Assembly: GCF_963921235.1 (NCBI RefSeq)
Contig: NC_086097.1
Span: 230,456,001-230,520,000, forward strand
Length of the DNA stretch: 64,000 nt
Direction: 5' to 3'
Source: Mobula hypostoma
Taxonomy: Eukaryota
Shown here: piece after piece, positions 35,837-48,220 of the stretch
Position numbering within the stretch: position 1 is the stretch's first letter
Layout of the letters: each line of letters begins with the position of its first letter
The notes under the pieces: generated by a model
What the model saw: the letters and a program-made list of their open reading frames with translations, nothing else
Databases searched by the model: none
Told to the model about the DNA's origin: nothing
Program-made: the position numbers and the translations under genes

Positions 35837-36977
35837 ACTTGATATTAATCTTGATTCTGATTCAGATAATGTGTGTGAATAGTTTCTTTTTGTTGATAAC
35901 TTATCATTATTCCAGGAAAAGTCACAATGCAGTTAACAGCCAAAACATCACAGCAGTACTGAAAATTTTACATGTCATGAAATACTGATGATTTTGCAAA
36001 GAAGAGACCTTTGTACATTTCAAATGCCCATGACTTCAGCAATCTTAGAATCCAATTAAAATACTTCATTTTATTGGAACACTAATTGAAAGGGCACTTC
36101 ACCTTTCAATAACATACTGGTCCCTAACTGAAGTAACCTCTCTGTTCTGCACAATTTTTTACTTAGCCTTTGTTTGACTCTTACTGGGTGGAATTTCTGG
36201 GAAGTCAGCTGTTTTTTAATACCTATCAGGTGACCACCTCTCATGCTCCAGCTTCAGCAATAACTGTTGATGGTTTGCTTGGTTTCGGAGCCCAGAGCCA
36301 AGTGTCAAAGTCCCTGGTGTCCAACAACTTATCAGTTACTTTGGAATTGCTTCATGGCATCACTATTGAAGAACTTAGTACAGCTACAACATGTGCATCT
36401 ACTAACAGTGACCAAAATAGCTGATGTATTTCCAAGCCACAATAAAACAGCATAAGTTCAAGCTAGTAAGTAAGTGTCCTGTCATATCAGTCATTGACGG
36501 AATGTATCATTAACGTGTTTTGTGAGCCGTCAGTCAGTCGGTGGGTGCCGTCCCGAATCCGGGGTTGGCAGCTCTGCACCTCCATCTTCTTCCATCTTGC
36601 AACAGCACCGAGTACAGCCTCTCCTTCAGTGTGTTCTCACTGGCTGCCTTGGCAACGCCCGTGGCCGCCCATGCCGAACTCGAGCCCGAGGCCGTGTCGG
36701 CCTCCAGCCACGGCCGCTTCTTCGAGCTCGGCCCTTGGGTGAAAATTGAGGCAATGGGTGAAAATTCTCCTGAGGCTGGTCATCCCCGGTACAAACAAAC
36801 GGTGTTGCTTTGTGCTTAGACAAATCTGAGTCTCAGGAAATTGTTGTAAAAGTATTTCATTCAGCCCCCCTGGTTCAGCTTCCCCAGAAGCTTCAATATA
36901 TAGATCTGCTTTAGTATAAGTTTAAAACTTGTCTCAACCATAACCAGTCCATAACAACTCCAACACAAACAGTTATA

Positions 36978-37174
36978 CAGGTGAGTACCCCTTAACCAAA
37001 ATTCCAGAATCCGAAAACCACCAAAAACCAAACTTTTCTGAGCGCCACAAATGAAAAATTCCACAAGGTGGTGGGAAGGTACCCAAGCAATGTGGAGGTC
37101 CCTATTCACCTCAGACAATCCAAAGTCCGAAACACTTCTGGCCCAAGCATTTCGGATAAGGGATGCTCAAACTG
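36978..37174. mobile_element. Tigger/pogo-like MITE
   Basis: TIRs CAGGTGAGTACCCCTTAACCAAAAT and ATTTCGGATAAGGGATGCTCAAACTG, with TA on both sides. Confidence 0.75.
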
Positions 37175-38244
37175 TAACACTTTTTATAACCTATACAATT
37201 CAAACTCACTACAGTATCTCCATTATGGGTGGGCTATGTTGAGGCAGTTCGATAACACTGAAGAGTATCTTTATTGTGAAAGGACGATGGAGATATATTT
37301 CTGCTGCTGTGTTAATTAAAACAAATTCAGTTAGTATTGGGACTGTCTGAGTAACGTGTATGTATCAGAATTAGATTTTGGTGAGACAGTAAGAGTTAAC
37401 AATTTAAAACTAGTAGTACTTGAATAAAAAATTATGGTACCAGACAAATGTAAGGCAGCTAATGATACACATTGAAGGGTTAAATCAAAGTTGTCTCTCT
37501 GGCCATGGAAGCAGTGTGTCATTGTGGTGTCTGCCTGAAGACTTCAGGTGGCAGTCATTGGGTCACACTCCATTCTAAAGCCCCTGCAGTGTCCTTGATC
37601 TAATCAAACTGCTTTACGTGACAATACTATGGTGACACACTGTCCAATCCCCAGAGCATCTCTGTGGCGGCAAGAGAAGAAACTTTGGCCAGACTCAGCC
37701 AGCTGGAGCCTCACTCCATCAGATGGATATGAGACACAGTAACAAGAGTACAGACACAGGAGGCAGCACCTGCAACACTGCACAGCAGTGCATGCATCTT
37801 CTCACGGGGTCACTCGCACCATCTTAGAGGAAGGCTGGCAACATTACTTCCGCTTTTAATGGAGGTAAGTAAATGTAATTATTGCAGGGAATGCAATTTT
37901 TGCACAGTTGTCTTTAGGTGCTACAATTGTTGAGAAAAGGTGCACATATTCATAAAGAGCTGGTGGATTCCAACGACTTAAAACATCTTTCATACTCATA
38001 TTGACCCAAACCCAACACATGTAGTCAGGTCTCATCAAGCTCAGTTTGGGGACTCTTGCGATGATCGGTGAAGTACTGTGATGATCTTCCCTTCATTAAG
38101 TAATAGGACAGGGGTATATTCATTGATGGCCATTCCTCTACCCATGGTGAAGGTCCTAATTTCCTCTCTAAACCTCCTGGATTTTCTCTAACTCTTTGCA
38201 AATTTCAAGCTTGTTTAAAGGTATTGATCATATTTCCAGGGACA

Positions 38245-39016
38245 TTTTCAAAAAGGCAGCATCCTTCATTGAGGACCCCCATCACCTACGGCATGCTTCT
38301 CATTGCTACCATCAGGAAGGAGGTACAGAAGCCTGAAGAGACACACTCTATGATTCAGGAATAGCTTCTTCCCCTCAGTCAGCTGTTTACTGAATTATTG
38401 AACCCATGAACACCATCTCATTACTTTTTTCTTATTTTTATTTTTGTCCTACTTGTTTATATACAGTATATTTTATAAAATTATATATATATATATATAT
38501 ATAATTTTTTTAGAAGTCTGTCCCGAGCCTTGTGGCCTATCAGGCCGATGCTAATGCCGGTTTCTGTGGTGTGAAGCCACTGCAAGTACAAGACTCCCTG
38601 CCCCCCCCCCCCCCCCGGATAGGACGCCAGTCTATCACGAGGTTAACCCTCAGCTGGGTGGACTGGAGCAGTGTGTGGTTAAGTGCCTTGCTCAAAAACA
38701 CAACACGCTGCCTTGGCCGAGACTCGAACCCACGACCTTCAGATCATGAGCCCAACGCCCTAACCACTTGGCCACGCGCCACATATATTTTTTCATACAT
38801 ATACACACACACAGACACATATATTCTTACTGTAATTCACACTTTTTTTTCTATTATTATGTATTGCATTGTACTGCTACGGCAAAGACTTCCAATCTGT
38901 GCCTTGTAGGGCATGAAAATGCCCTACGCAGGCCTCTCATGGTCTGAGTCGACGTTCCCTCCCTCCCCTCCCGCTACGGCAAAGACAACAAATGCCAACG
39001 ATGTTAAACCTGATTT
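38245..39016 (+). mobile_element. L2/Rex-type LINE 3' end hosting two younger inserts
   Basis: AGGAAGGAGGTACAGAAGCCTGAAG...TTCAGGAATAGCTTCTTCCCC, followed by the family's 3' UTR. Confidence 0.7.
38512..38782 (-). mobile_element. tRNA-head SINE with CORE-like domain
   Basis: Minus strand: A box TGGCCAAGTGG, B box GGTTCGAGTCT, then TTGAGCAAGGCACTTAACC (CORE-like). Confidence 0.75.
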
Positions 39017-39209
39017 ATCATAGCCATACAAAGCAGGCCATTAGGCCCATCTTATTCCTGCTGACCATCCAAGCAACCATTTAGACTTATGCCACTTTAC
39101 TCTCCCCACATTTCCATCACCTCTCCCCTAGATTTCACCACTCACCTACGCACCAGCCTAACTTTAATATTCAACTAGCCTACTAATCTACACCCCTTTT
39201 GGGTGTGAA

Positions 39210-39830
39210 CATCGAGCATAGAACACTACAGCACAGTGCAGGCACTTCAATATTGTGAAGGCCTAATAATCTACTCTAAGATCAATCTAACCCTTCCCTC
39301 CTACACAGCCTTTTACTTTCCTATCTAAATGTTTCTTAAATGCCCCTAATGTTTCTGCCTCTACCACCCTGACAGGGCATTTCATGGAACGTACAGCAGT
39401 ACCGCACAGGACAGGCCCTCCAGCCCACAATGTTGGCCGATCCAATTAAACTAGTAACCACATGGCCAACTAAATTAATCTCTTCTGCTTACACAATGTC
39501 CATATCTTTTCATTTTCCTCACATTCAAATGCCTACCTAAACGTTTCTTAAAAATCCTTAATGTATCTGTCTCTATTATCATCTGCCAAAGTATTCCAGG
39601 CACTCACCTCTATCTGTGTAAAAAAACTTGCCTCTCACACCTCCTTTGAAATTACCCCCCCCGCCCCCCACTGAACTTAAATTCATGTCCTCCTCTATTA
39701 CACATTTCAGCTCTGGGAAAAAGATACCGTCTGTCTACTCTATCTACGTCTCTCGTCATCTTATAAACCTCTATCAGATCTCCCATTAGCCTCTGCCACT
39801 CCAGACAGAACAACCCAATTTTGTCTAAGC
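39210..39830 (-). mobile_element. Two stacked CR1 3' fragments
   Basis: Reverse-complement CR1 3' UTRs (ACAGGCCCTCCAGCCCACAATG) and the ORF2 end. Confidence 0.7.
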
Positions 39831-40011
39831 ACCACCCGACGTGAGGATTGAACCTGGTTTTTTGGAGTTGTGAGGCAGAAGCTTTACCACCGCACCACTG
39901 CTACCTACGTGGTTCAGCGTCCAACTCCAACAAAACCATGGAACACCTTTCGATGTTTTACTGCATGGCAGACAATGCACACATACAACACATACATTTG
40001 ACTTAACAGTT

Positions 40012-40970
40012 TCAGAATCAGATTCCTTATCACATTAAAAAAAATTACTATAAGTTACAATAAGAAATATATAATCCTCATAGAGAGATCAGAAGTGGAA
40101 AGAGTGAGCAATTTTAAGGTTCAGGGTGACATGATCTCTGAGGATCTAATTTGGTTCCGACATATCGATGCAGCTATAAAGAAGGCAAGACAGTGGCTAT
40201 ATTTCATTCGGAATTTGAGGAGATTTGGTTTGTCACCTAAAACATTCAAACTTCTGTAGATGTACCGTGGAGGGCATTCTGATCAGCTGCATCACTGCAC
40301 AGGGTCGAAAGAAGCTACAGAAAATTAAAATTAGCTCCTTCTTGGGTACTAACCTCCGTAGTATCCAAGATATCTTCAAGGAAGCAGAGCCTTAGGAAGG
40401 CAGCGTCCATCATTAAGGACCCTGATCACCTAGGACATGCCCCCTTCTCATTGTTACCGTCAGAATGGAAGTACAGAAGCCTGAAGGCACACACTCAGCG
40501 ATTCAGGAACAGCTTCTTCCCCTCTGCCATCAGATCCAAAATGAACATTGAACCCACGAACACCTCCTACTTTTTTTAATATATGTTTTTTTTCAATATT
40601 TTTAATTTAACTATTTAATACACATATGTACTTACTGTAATTGATTTATTTTTAAAAATTCTCTATATTATTATGTATTGCATTGTACTACTGCCATTAA
40701 GTTAAGAAACTTCACAATATATGCCGGTGATAATCAACCTGATTCTGATGCTGAAATAAGTATTGCAAAAATAGAGCAAAACAGTGAGGTAATATTCATG
40801 GGCCATTCAGATGTCTATTGCTGGATAGGAAGAAGCAGTTCCTAATACGTTGAGTGTGCTGCTTCAAGATCCTTCATCTCCCCCCTGATTGCGGTGATGA
40901 AAGGAGGGCCTGCCCTAGATGGTGAGATTTCTCAGGGATGGACGCTGCCCTTCTGAGACATCACCTTATG
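40012..40970. mobile_element. Nested pair of L2/Rex-type LINEs: plus copy about 40073-40753 inside a minus copy
   Basis: The inner copy has AAGAAGGCAAGACAGTGGCTATATTTCATT (KKARQ.LYFI) through a GATTCTGA tail; the flanks are the reverse complement of the family's 3' UTR. Confidence 0.75.
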
Positions 40971-41429
40971 AATCTATTTCCACAAACACAAGAGATTCTG
41001 CAGATGCTGGAAATTAAAGTAGCACACACAAAGTGCTGGAAGAACTCAGCATGTCAGGCAGGATCTATGAAAAGAGTTGATGTTTTGGGCCAAGATTCTT
41101 TATCAAGACTCACAAACACAACCATCACTAAAACATGCATATTTCTATGAGTAATGGGAAAGTATAATGAAGCCACACAATTAGCAAGTAATGATTATCT
41201 CGAAGAGAAAGCTCAACCATCTCTCCATGGTGATCAATTATACTGGCAAATCCTATATTATCATTTAAGTTGGGGTCACCATTGATTAGAAATACACTGA
41301 ACTAAACCAGCTACCTAAAATGCTAGGGACATCAAGTGAAAAAAGGAAAAAGGGCTCTGAAATTCTCTTTTATTTCTGCAGGACTACACAAGAAAATATT
41401 TAATATGAAACCATAAAGTGCTAGGAATT

Positions 41430-43045
41430 TGACATTTGACAAGGTACCCCATGCAAGGCTTATTGAGAAAGTAAGGAGGCATGGGATCCAAGGGGACATT
41501 GCTTTGTGGATCCAGAACTGGCTTGCCCACAGAAGGCAAAGAATGGTTGTAGATGGGTCATATTCTGCATGGAGGTCGGTGACCAGTGGTGTGCCTCAGG
41601 GATCTGGTTTGGGACCCCTTCTCTTCGTGATTTTTATAAATGACTTGGATGAGGAAGTGGAGGGATGGGTTAGTAAATTTGCTGATGACACAAAGGTTGG
41701 GGGCGTTGTAGATACTGTGGAGGGCTGTCAGAGGTTACAGCGGGACATTGATAGGATGCAAAACTGGGCTGAGAAGTGACAGATGGACTTCAACCCAGAT
41801 TAAGTGTCATGTGGTTCATTTTGAATTGAATTTGAATTGAATGATCATTATTGTCATTTTACATAGGTACAATGAAACTCTGTTTGGCTTCCTCTCAGGC
41901 AATTAAATAAAGCGGTAGATAAAAACAAGACAGTAATAGAAAAACAGTATTAAATAGGTAAGTAGCAGAAAATAAGTTGCAGCAGCACCAGAATATCACA
42001 GTAATGCACAAAGTGCTGTTAGTGCAAGTATTTGAGTCTTTGTGTGTGCATGTGTGTGCTCACAGTTTCAGTCATTGTTCTGTGGGAGTGGTGTGATGGA
42101 GGCCACAGCTCTGGGACAGAAGCTGTTCCTCAGTCTATTTGTTCTGGCTTTTAGTGTTCTGAACCTTTTGCTGGATGGCAGCAGGTCAAACAGGGAGTGA
42201 CCGGGGGTGTGTGGTGTCTCTGGTTATGCTGATTGCTTTCCTCCTGAGTCTTCTGGAATAGATGGTGTCCAGTCCTGGGATCTCCATCCTGACAATTCGC
42301 TGGTAGGTCAAATATGATGGCAGAATATAGTATTAATGGTAAGACTCTTGGCAGTGTGGAGGATCAGAAGGATCTTGGGATCTGAGTCCATAGGAGACTC
42401 AAAAGCTGCTGCACAGGTTGACTCTGTGGTTAAGACAGCATACGGTGCATTGGCCTTCATCAACCGTGGGATTGAGTTTAAGAGCCGAGAGGTAATCTTG
42501 CAGCTATATAGGACCCTGGTCACACCCCACTTGGAGTACTGTGCTCAATTCTGGTCACCTCACTACAGGAAGGATGTGGAGAGCATAGAAAGGGTGCAGA
42601 GGAGATTTACAAGGATGTTGCCTGGATAGGGAAGCATACCTGATGAGAATAGGTTGAGTGAACCTGGCCTTTTGTCCTTGGAGCAATGGAGGATGAGAGG
42701 TGTATAAGATGATGAGAGGCATTGATCATGTGGATAGGCAGAGGCTGGAATGGCTGGCATGACAGGGCACAGTTTTAAGGTGCTTGGAAGTAGGTACAGA
42801 GGAGATGTCAGTGGTAAGTTTTTTTATGCAGAGAGTGGTGAGTGCGTGGAATGGGCAGCCGGCAACAGTGGTGGAGGTGGATACAACAGGGTCTTTTAAG
42901 AGACTCCTGGACAAGTACATGGAGCTCAGAAAAATAGAGGGCTATGGGTAATCCTGGGTAATTTCTAAGGTCAGGACATGTTTGGCACAGCTTTGTGGGC
43001 CGAAGGGCCTGTATTGTGCTGTAGGTTTTCTATGTTTTTATATTT
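41430..43045 (+). mobile_element. 5'-truncated CR1 interrupted by a Rex/L2 fragment (about 41821-42300, minus)
   Basis: FDKVPHARL...PQGSGLGP...FADD and PHLEYCAQFWSPH. The insert is nearly identical to 55636-56100 and has a (GAATT)n tail. Confidence 0.85.
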
Positions 43046-45187
43046 CTAAATGCTCAGCAGGTCAGGCAGCATCTGTGGCCAAATGGATATTAAAGGAAAG
43101 TGTGCTCTAAGTTGCAGAGAAGGTGATGGAGTGGTGAGACCAGAGGCCATAATTGTGACAGGGTGGAAGCCAAGAGAGACTGAATGCCATCAATGGAGCT
43201 GCATGAGAGGGGGCAGAAGCTCATTAATTCAAAAGGCTCACCCAGAACAAAGGAATCCACCTCACAACCAACAGTTATCAGTATGCATTCAAGCATACAG
43301 AGTCCATTTTGTCCTTAATGCGGTGGCAGCAACTCATCATCATTAGGAAGCATTGTTAAATCACCTTAAGTGTTCAGAAGATCAATGGCAACAGATGAGT
43401 GTGAATATTATCATCTTCAAGCTCTCCTTGAAGTCACAGCATCCCCCCACACTCAGTTCCCTGAGCTTCACAGTAACAAAATTATAGATCTTCCTAATGC
43501 ACAGTCTTGTGCTTCCACCTTCACCAAGAGAACTGTAGTCCTTTAAGGTACTAAATCATCTCCAACTTCAAAGGCCGATTGCTAATGGGCACCCCACATT
43601 CCATGAATTAAAAATCATTCTCACTGCGGAGCTTTAACTACTAAAAGCAGCAATATACAAAATTAATATCTCAACTGTAGTTTGAGGGAGGTATGGAATA
43701 ATTAACCAAATGTACTGAATTTTAATAAAGTTTAAGAGTTACTTTTTTTAAAATAGATTTTGGAATTAAGTTTTCAAAACACTAGCCTTAAAAACCTCGC
43801 AATCCTCAAACTTAGTTTGTGAAATATTGTTCGACTGATGTATGGATTTGGATGCAAAAGAGAAAATTGGCTAGAAGCAAATCTATTTTTGCCATTTGCT
43901 ATATGATAAAGTGTATCTGGCCTCCACCCCTCTCAAACAGAAAATCCATGGACCGGATTTATGAAAATTCATGGGACGTATAGGAACACTGGTTTCAATG
44001 GAATGTAAGGGAGGCGAAGGATTCAACTCAATTTCATCAATTTCTTAAGTAGGTTACAGTTAAATAATGACAAATGTTGCTTCATTTATCAATTACATTC
44101 AGCTATTATTGTCAGTTAGAAGATTATGAACTTGGCCAAACAATTTCAGTGTGACTCCTGTACAAAGCCTCTGTGATCAGGGAACCCCCAGTACCCAGGC
44201 CATGCTCTCTTCTTGCTGCTGCCATCAGGAAGAAGGTACACGGCCCTCAAGACTCACATCACCAACTTCAGGAACAGTTACTACTTGTTCAACCATCAGG
44301 CTCTGAACCAAAAGGGGTAACTTCACTCAAATTCACTTGTCCTATCACTGAACTGTTCCCACAACCAATGGACTCATTGTCAAAGACTCTTCATCTCCTG
44401 TTCTCGATATTTATTGCTTATTATTATTCCTCTTTTTGTATTGGCACCATTTGTTGTCTTCTGCTCTCTGGTTGAATGCCCTAGTTGGGACATCTTTCAT
44501 TGTCTCAGTTATGGTTATTATTTTATAGATTTTTTGAGTATGCCCAGAAGAAGATGAATCTGAGGGTTGTAGATGGTGACACATATGTACTTTGAACTTT
44601 GAACTCTAGAAGCACTGGGTTCGATTTTCTATCATCACCTTGGCTGGATGTGGATGGCAGATCATGCCAACTATCAGTGGACTCAAGATGTCCTGTGAGG
44701 TGTAGCAATGAATGAATGATTAGACAGCAGACAGTATCATCCCAATGTTTGCCCTGGAACACTCTGAAAGACTTTGGCAGCCTCATCTCATGCCAAAGGA
44801 TGTCAGTTTAACACCTTATTAAATTTCTGTATTTGTTAGAGATATTTAAAGCTTACATTAACATCAATTAACACATATTCAAACATGAACAAATATTTTG
44901 CTATTTTAATGCTTCTGATTAAGGCAAGTTCAAATAACCTATTTCACTTCAGGATTCCTTGTTTTTTACGTGGGATCTCAGTGGTGCATACTCTGAATGA
45001 TACAGTACTGTACCAAGTTCCACTCTTGGACTCTATGGGTATCAGAATCTGTCACTCAGGAAGCCCTGGACTCGCAGGTCTGCTTAAGTGTGGCACTTGC
45101 CAGCTTTGAAACAAGTTTCAGACGTATTTTTGTAGTTAACATGTCAAACTGGGATATTTTATTGAAACAAATAGCATTCTTTCCTGA

Positions 45188-45385
45188 GCAACACATACAA
45201 AGTGCTGGAGGAACTCAGCAGGCCAGGCAGCATGTATGGAATTGAATAAACAGTTAATGCTTCAGGTCGACACTCTTCATCAAGTTTACTCATTTCCATA
45301 GCTGCTGCCTGACCTTCTGAGTTCTTCCAGCATTTTGTGTGTGTGTTGTTCTGGATTTCCAGCATCTGCAGAATTTCTTGTGTTT
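45188..45385. mobile_element. Penelope-derived fold-back element (degenerate); further remnants at about 15772-15850, 25660-25820, 40984-41110 and 57860-57905
   Basis: ACAAAGTGCTGGAGGAACTCAGCAGGCCAGGCAGCAT...CCAGCATTTTGTGTGTG...CAGCATCTGCAGA. Confidence 0.7.
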
Positions 45386-45444
45386 ATCCTTTCCTGACAT
45401 CTCCTCTTGAACAGATCAAGAGTCCCCCTGGTCTTCAACTGACA

Positions 45445-45840
45445 GAATCAGAATCAGGATCAGATTTAATATCACCGGCACGTGTTGTGAAATTTCTTAA
45501 CTTTAGAGCAGCAGTACAATTAAAATACACGATAAATTAATAGAGAGAACAAAAACTGAGTTACATTTAAATATATATATGTCTGTTAGATAGTTGTAAA
45601 ATAAGTAGTGCTAATTAAGAGAAATAAAAACAACTAGTGGGGTAGTGTTCATGGATTCAATGTCCATTTAGAAATCGAATGGCAGAGGGGAAGAAGCTCT
45701 TCATCATTTGCTGAGTGTGTGCCTTCAGGCTTCTGAACCTCCTTCCTGATGGTAACAGTGTTACGAGGGGCACGTCCTGGGTGGTGGGGATCCTTAACGA
45801 CAGACGCCGCCTTCCTAAGGCACTGCTCCTTGAAGATGTC
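45445..45840 (-). mobile_element. L2/Rex-type LINE 3' end
   Basis: DIFKEQCLRKAASVVKDPHHPG and LLPSGRRFRSLK...SFFPSAIRFLNG, with an (AGAATC)n tail. Confidence 0.8.
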
Positions 45841-45917
45841 AACCAACATTTTCCACATTCAGTGTATTATCTTTCACTAATTACACCACCTTCTATGATA
45901 TTCTATCCATCAGATAT

Positions 45918-47485
45918 AGCGCCTATAAAAAGTATTCACCCCCCTGCCAGCTTGGAAGTTTTCACGTTTTATTGTTTTACAACATTGAATCACAGTGGAT
46001 TTAATTTGGCTTTTTTGACACTGATCAACAGAAAAAGACTCATCCATGTCAATGTGAAAACAGACCTCTACAAAGTGATCTAAACTAATTACAAATATAA
46101 AACACAAAATAATTAATTGCATAAGTATTCACCACCTTTAATATGATACACCAGACCATCATTGGTGCAGCCAATTGGTTTTAGAAGCCATATAATTAAT
46201 TAAATGGAGATCTGGTTTTGGAGACCTGTGTGCAGTCAAGGTGTTTCAATTGAATACACCTGTATCTGGAAGGTCCAACTGCTGATGAGTCAGTATCCTG
46301 GCGAAAACTACACCATGAAGACAAAAGAACAGTCCAATCAACTCCACGTAAAGGTTATTGAAAAGCACAAGTCAGGAGATGGATACAAGAAAAACATAGA
46401 AACATAGAAAAGCTACAGCGCAATACAGGCCCTTCGGCCCACAATGCTGTGCCGGACATGTACTTACTTTAGAAATTGCCTAGGGTTACCCATAGCCCTC
46501 TATTTTTCTAAGCTCCACATACCTATCTAGGAGTCTCTTAAACGACCCTATCGTATCCAGCTCTACCACCATCACCATCAGCCCATTCCACGCACTTACC
46601 ACTCTCTGCATAAAAACCCTACCCCTAACGTGTAGAAAAAAACTCACATGAAACCTCGAGTAAAGTTTGCCAGAAGGTATGTGGGTGAGTCTGAAGTCAG
46701 CAGGAAGGAGGTTCTATGGTCTGACGAAACCAAAATTGAGGTTTTTGGCCATCCGACTAAATACTATATTTGGTGTAAGCCTCATGCTGCACATCACCAA
46801 AAACACCCCATCCCTACTGTGAAGCATGATGGTGGCTCCATCGTGCTGTGGGATGCTTCGCTGCAGTCCTGGAAGGCTTGTGAAGGTAGAAGGTAAAATG
46901 AATGCAGCAAAATACAGGGAAATCCTGGAGGAAATCCCAATGCAGTCTGCAAGAGAACTGCGACTTGGGAGAAGATTTGTTTTCCAGCAAGACAATGACC
47001 CCAAGCATAAAGCCAAAGTTACACAGGAACGGCTTAAAATCAACAAAGTTAATGTCCTGGAGTGGACAAGTCAGGGCCCACACCTCAATCCAATTGAGAA
47101 TTTGTGGTTGGACTTGAAAAGGGCTGTTAACTCAAGACCCCCATGCAATCTGACAGATCTTGAGCAGTTTTGTAAAGAAGAACGGGGAAAATATTGCAGT
47201 GCCAAACGTGCAAATCTGATAGAGACCTATCCACACAGACTCAAGGTTGTAATATCTACCAAAGGTGCATCCACTAAATACTGACGTGAAGGAGGTGGAG
47301 TCTTATGCAATCATTTTGAGTTTTATATTCGTAATTAATTTAGATCACTTTGTAGAGATCTTTTCTCACCTTGACATGAAAGATCTTTTTCTGTTGATCA
47401 GTGTCAAAAAAGCCAAATTAAATTCAATGTTGTAAAACAATAAAACATGAAATCTTCCGGGGGGGAGGGGGGGGTTGAACACCGT
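45918..47485 (+). mobile_element. Tc1/mariner DNA transposon (Passport-like, long IR/DR TIRs), defective
   Basis: TIRs of about 220 bp (45918-46135 and about 47290-47485) with the repeated inner motif AAGTATTCACC. The transposase remnant is interrupted by a CR1 3' fragment at about 46392-46630. Confidence 0.85.
46315..47284 (+). pseudogene. Tc1 DD34E transposase, disrupted and partly deleted
   Basis: MKTKEQSNQLHVKVIEKHKSGDGYKK, then WSDETK, KHDGGSIVLW, FQQDNDPKH, LNPIENLW and KGASTKY*. Confidence 0.88.
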
Positions 47486-47729
47486 ACATCTTCCCTTCCC
47501 CTTTTAGAATTGCAAAGGGACTACTCCTGTCGTGTAAATTAATAACTTTCTATTGTCTGACACTTTAATTCTCTACCCTACTCCATTGTCTTTTCTGCGA
47601 TGTCCTGATCTTTTATAACAAGGCACACATAAGCTTAAAGAACAGTTCCTCATCTCTACTTGAGAACATTGAAATCTTATAGAACTGATGTCAATTTTAC
47701 ATTAAGTAACTCGGTTTTTCTTTTTTTAA

Positions 47730-48220
47730 AATCAGTATCGGATTTATTATCTCTGATATGCCATGAAATTCGTTTTTTGCAGCAGCATTACATTGTGATG
47801 CATTAAAAATTACTATAAGTTACAGTAAGAAACAGAAAAAAGTAAATAAGTACTGTGAAAACAGAGCAGATAGTGCAGTAGTGTTCATGGGTTCATTGGC
47901 TATTCAGAAACCTGATGGCGGAAGAGATAAAAGCTGTTTCTAAAACATCACGTTTGTGTCTTCAGGCTCCTGTATCTCCTCCCTAATGAGAAGGAGTCAT
48001 GGTGTGGTCCTTAATGATTGATGCTGCCTTCTTGAGGCATTGCTAATTGAAGATTTCTCGATGGTGGACAGGCAAGTGCCCAGGATGGAGCTGGCAGAGT
48101 TTGCAACACTCTACAACTCTTCAGATCCTGTGCAGTAGCCCCTCCATATCAGAGAGTGATGCAACCAGTTAGAATGCCCTTCATGACATCTGTGGAAATT
48201 TGCAAGAGTTATTGGTGTTG
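47730..48220 (-). mobile_element. L2/Rex-type LINE 3' part
   Basis: Reverse complement of the family at 16058-16574 (GATCCTGTGCAGTAGCCCC, TCTTCAGGCTCCTGTA). Confidence 0.7.

Noticed and set aside
36170..36424. 84-aa ORF after an acceptor-like TATCAG with downstream AATAAA
   Set aside because: No recognisable homology and no supportable upstream exon.
37700..38010. Strong donor GAG|GTAAGT at about 37864 followed by TTTAG about 54 nt later
   Set aside because: The intron would be too short for a typical vertebrate, the joined frame stops quickly, and the peptide is unrecognisable.
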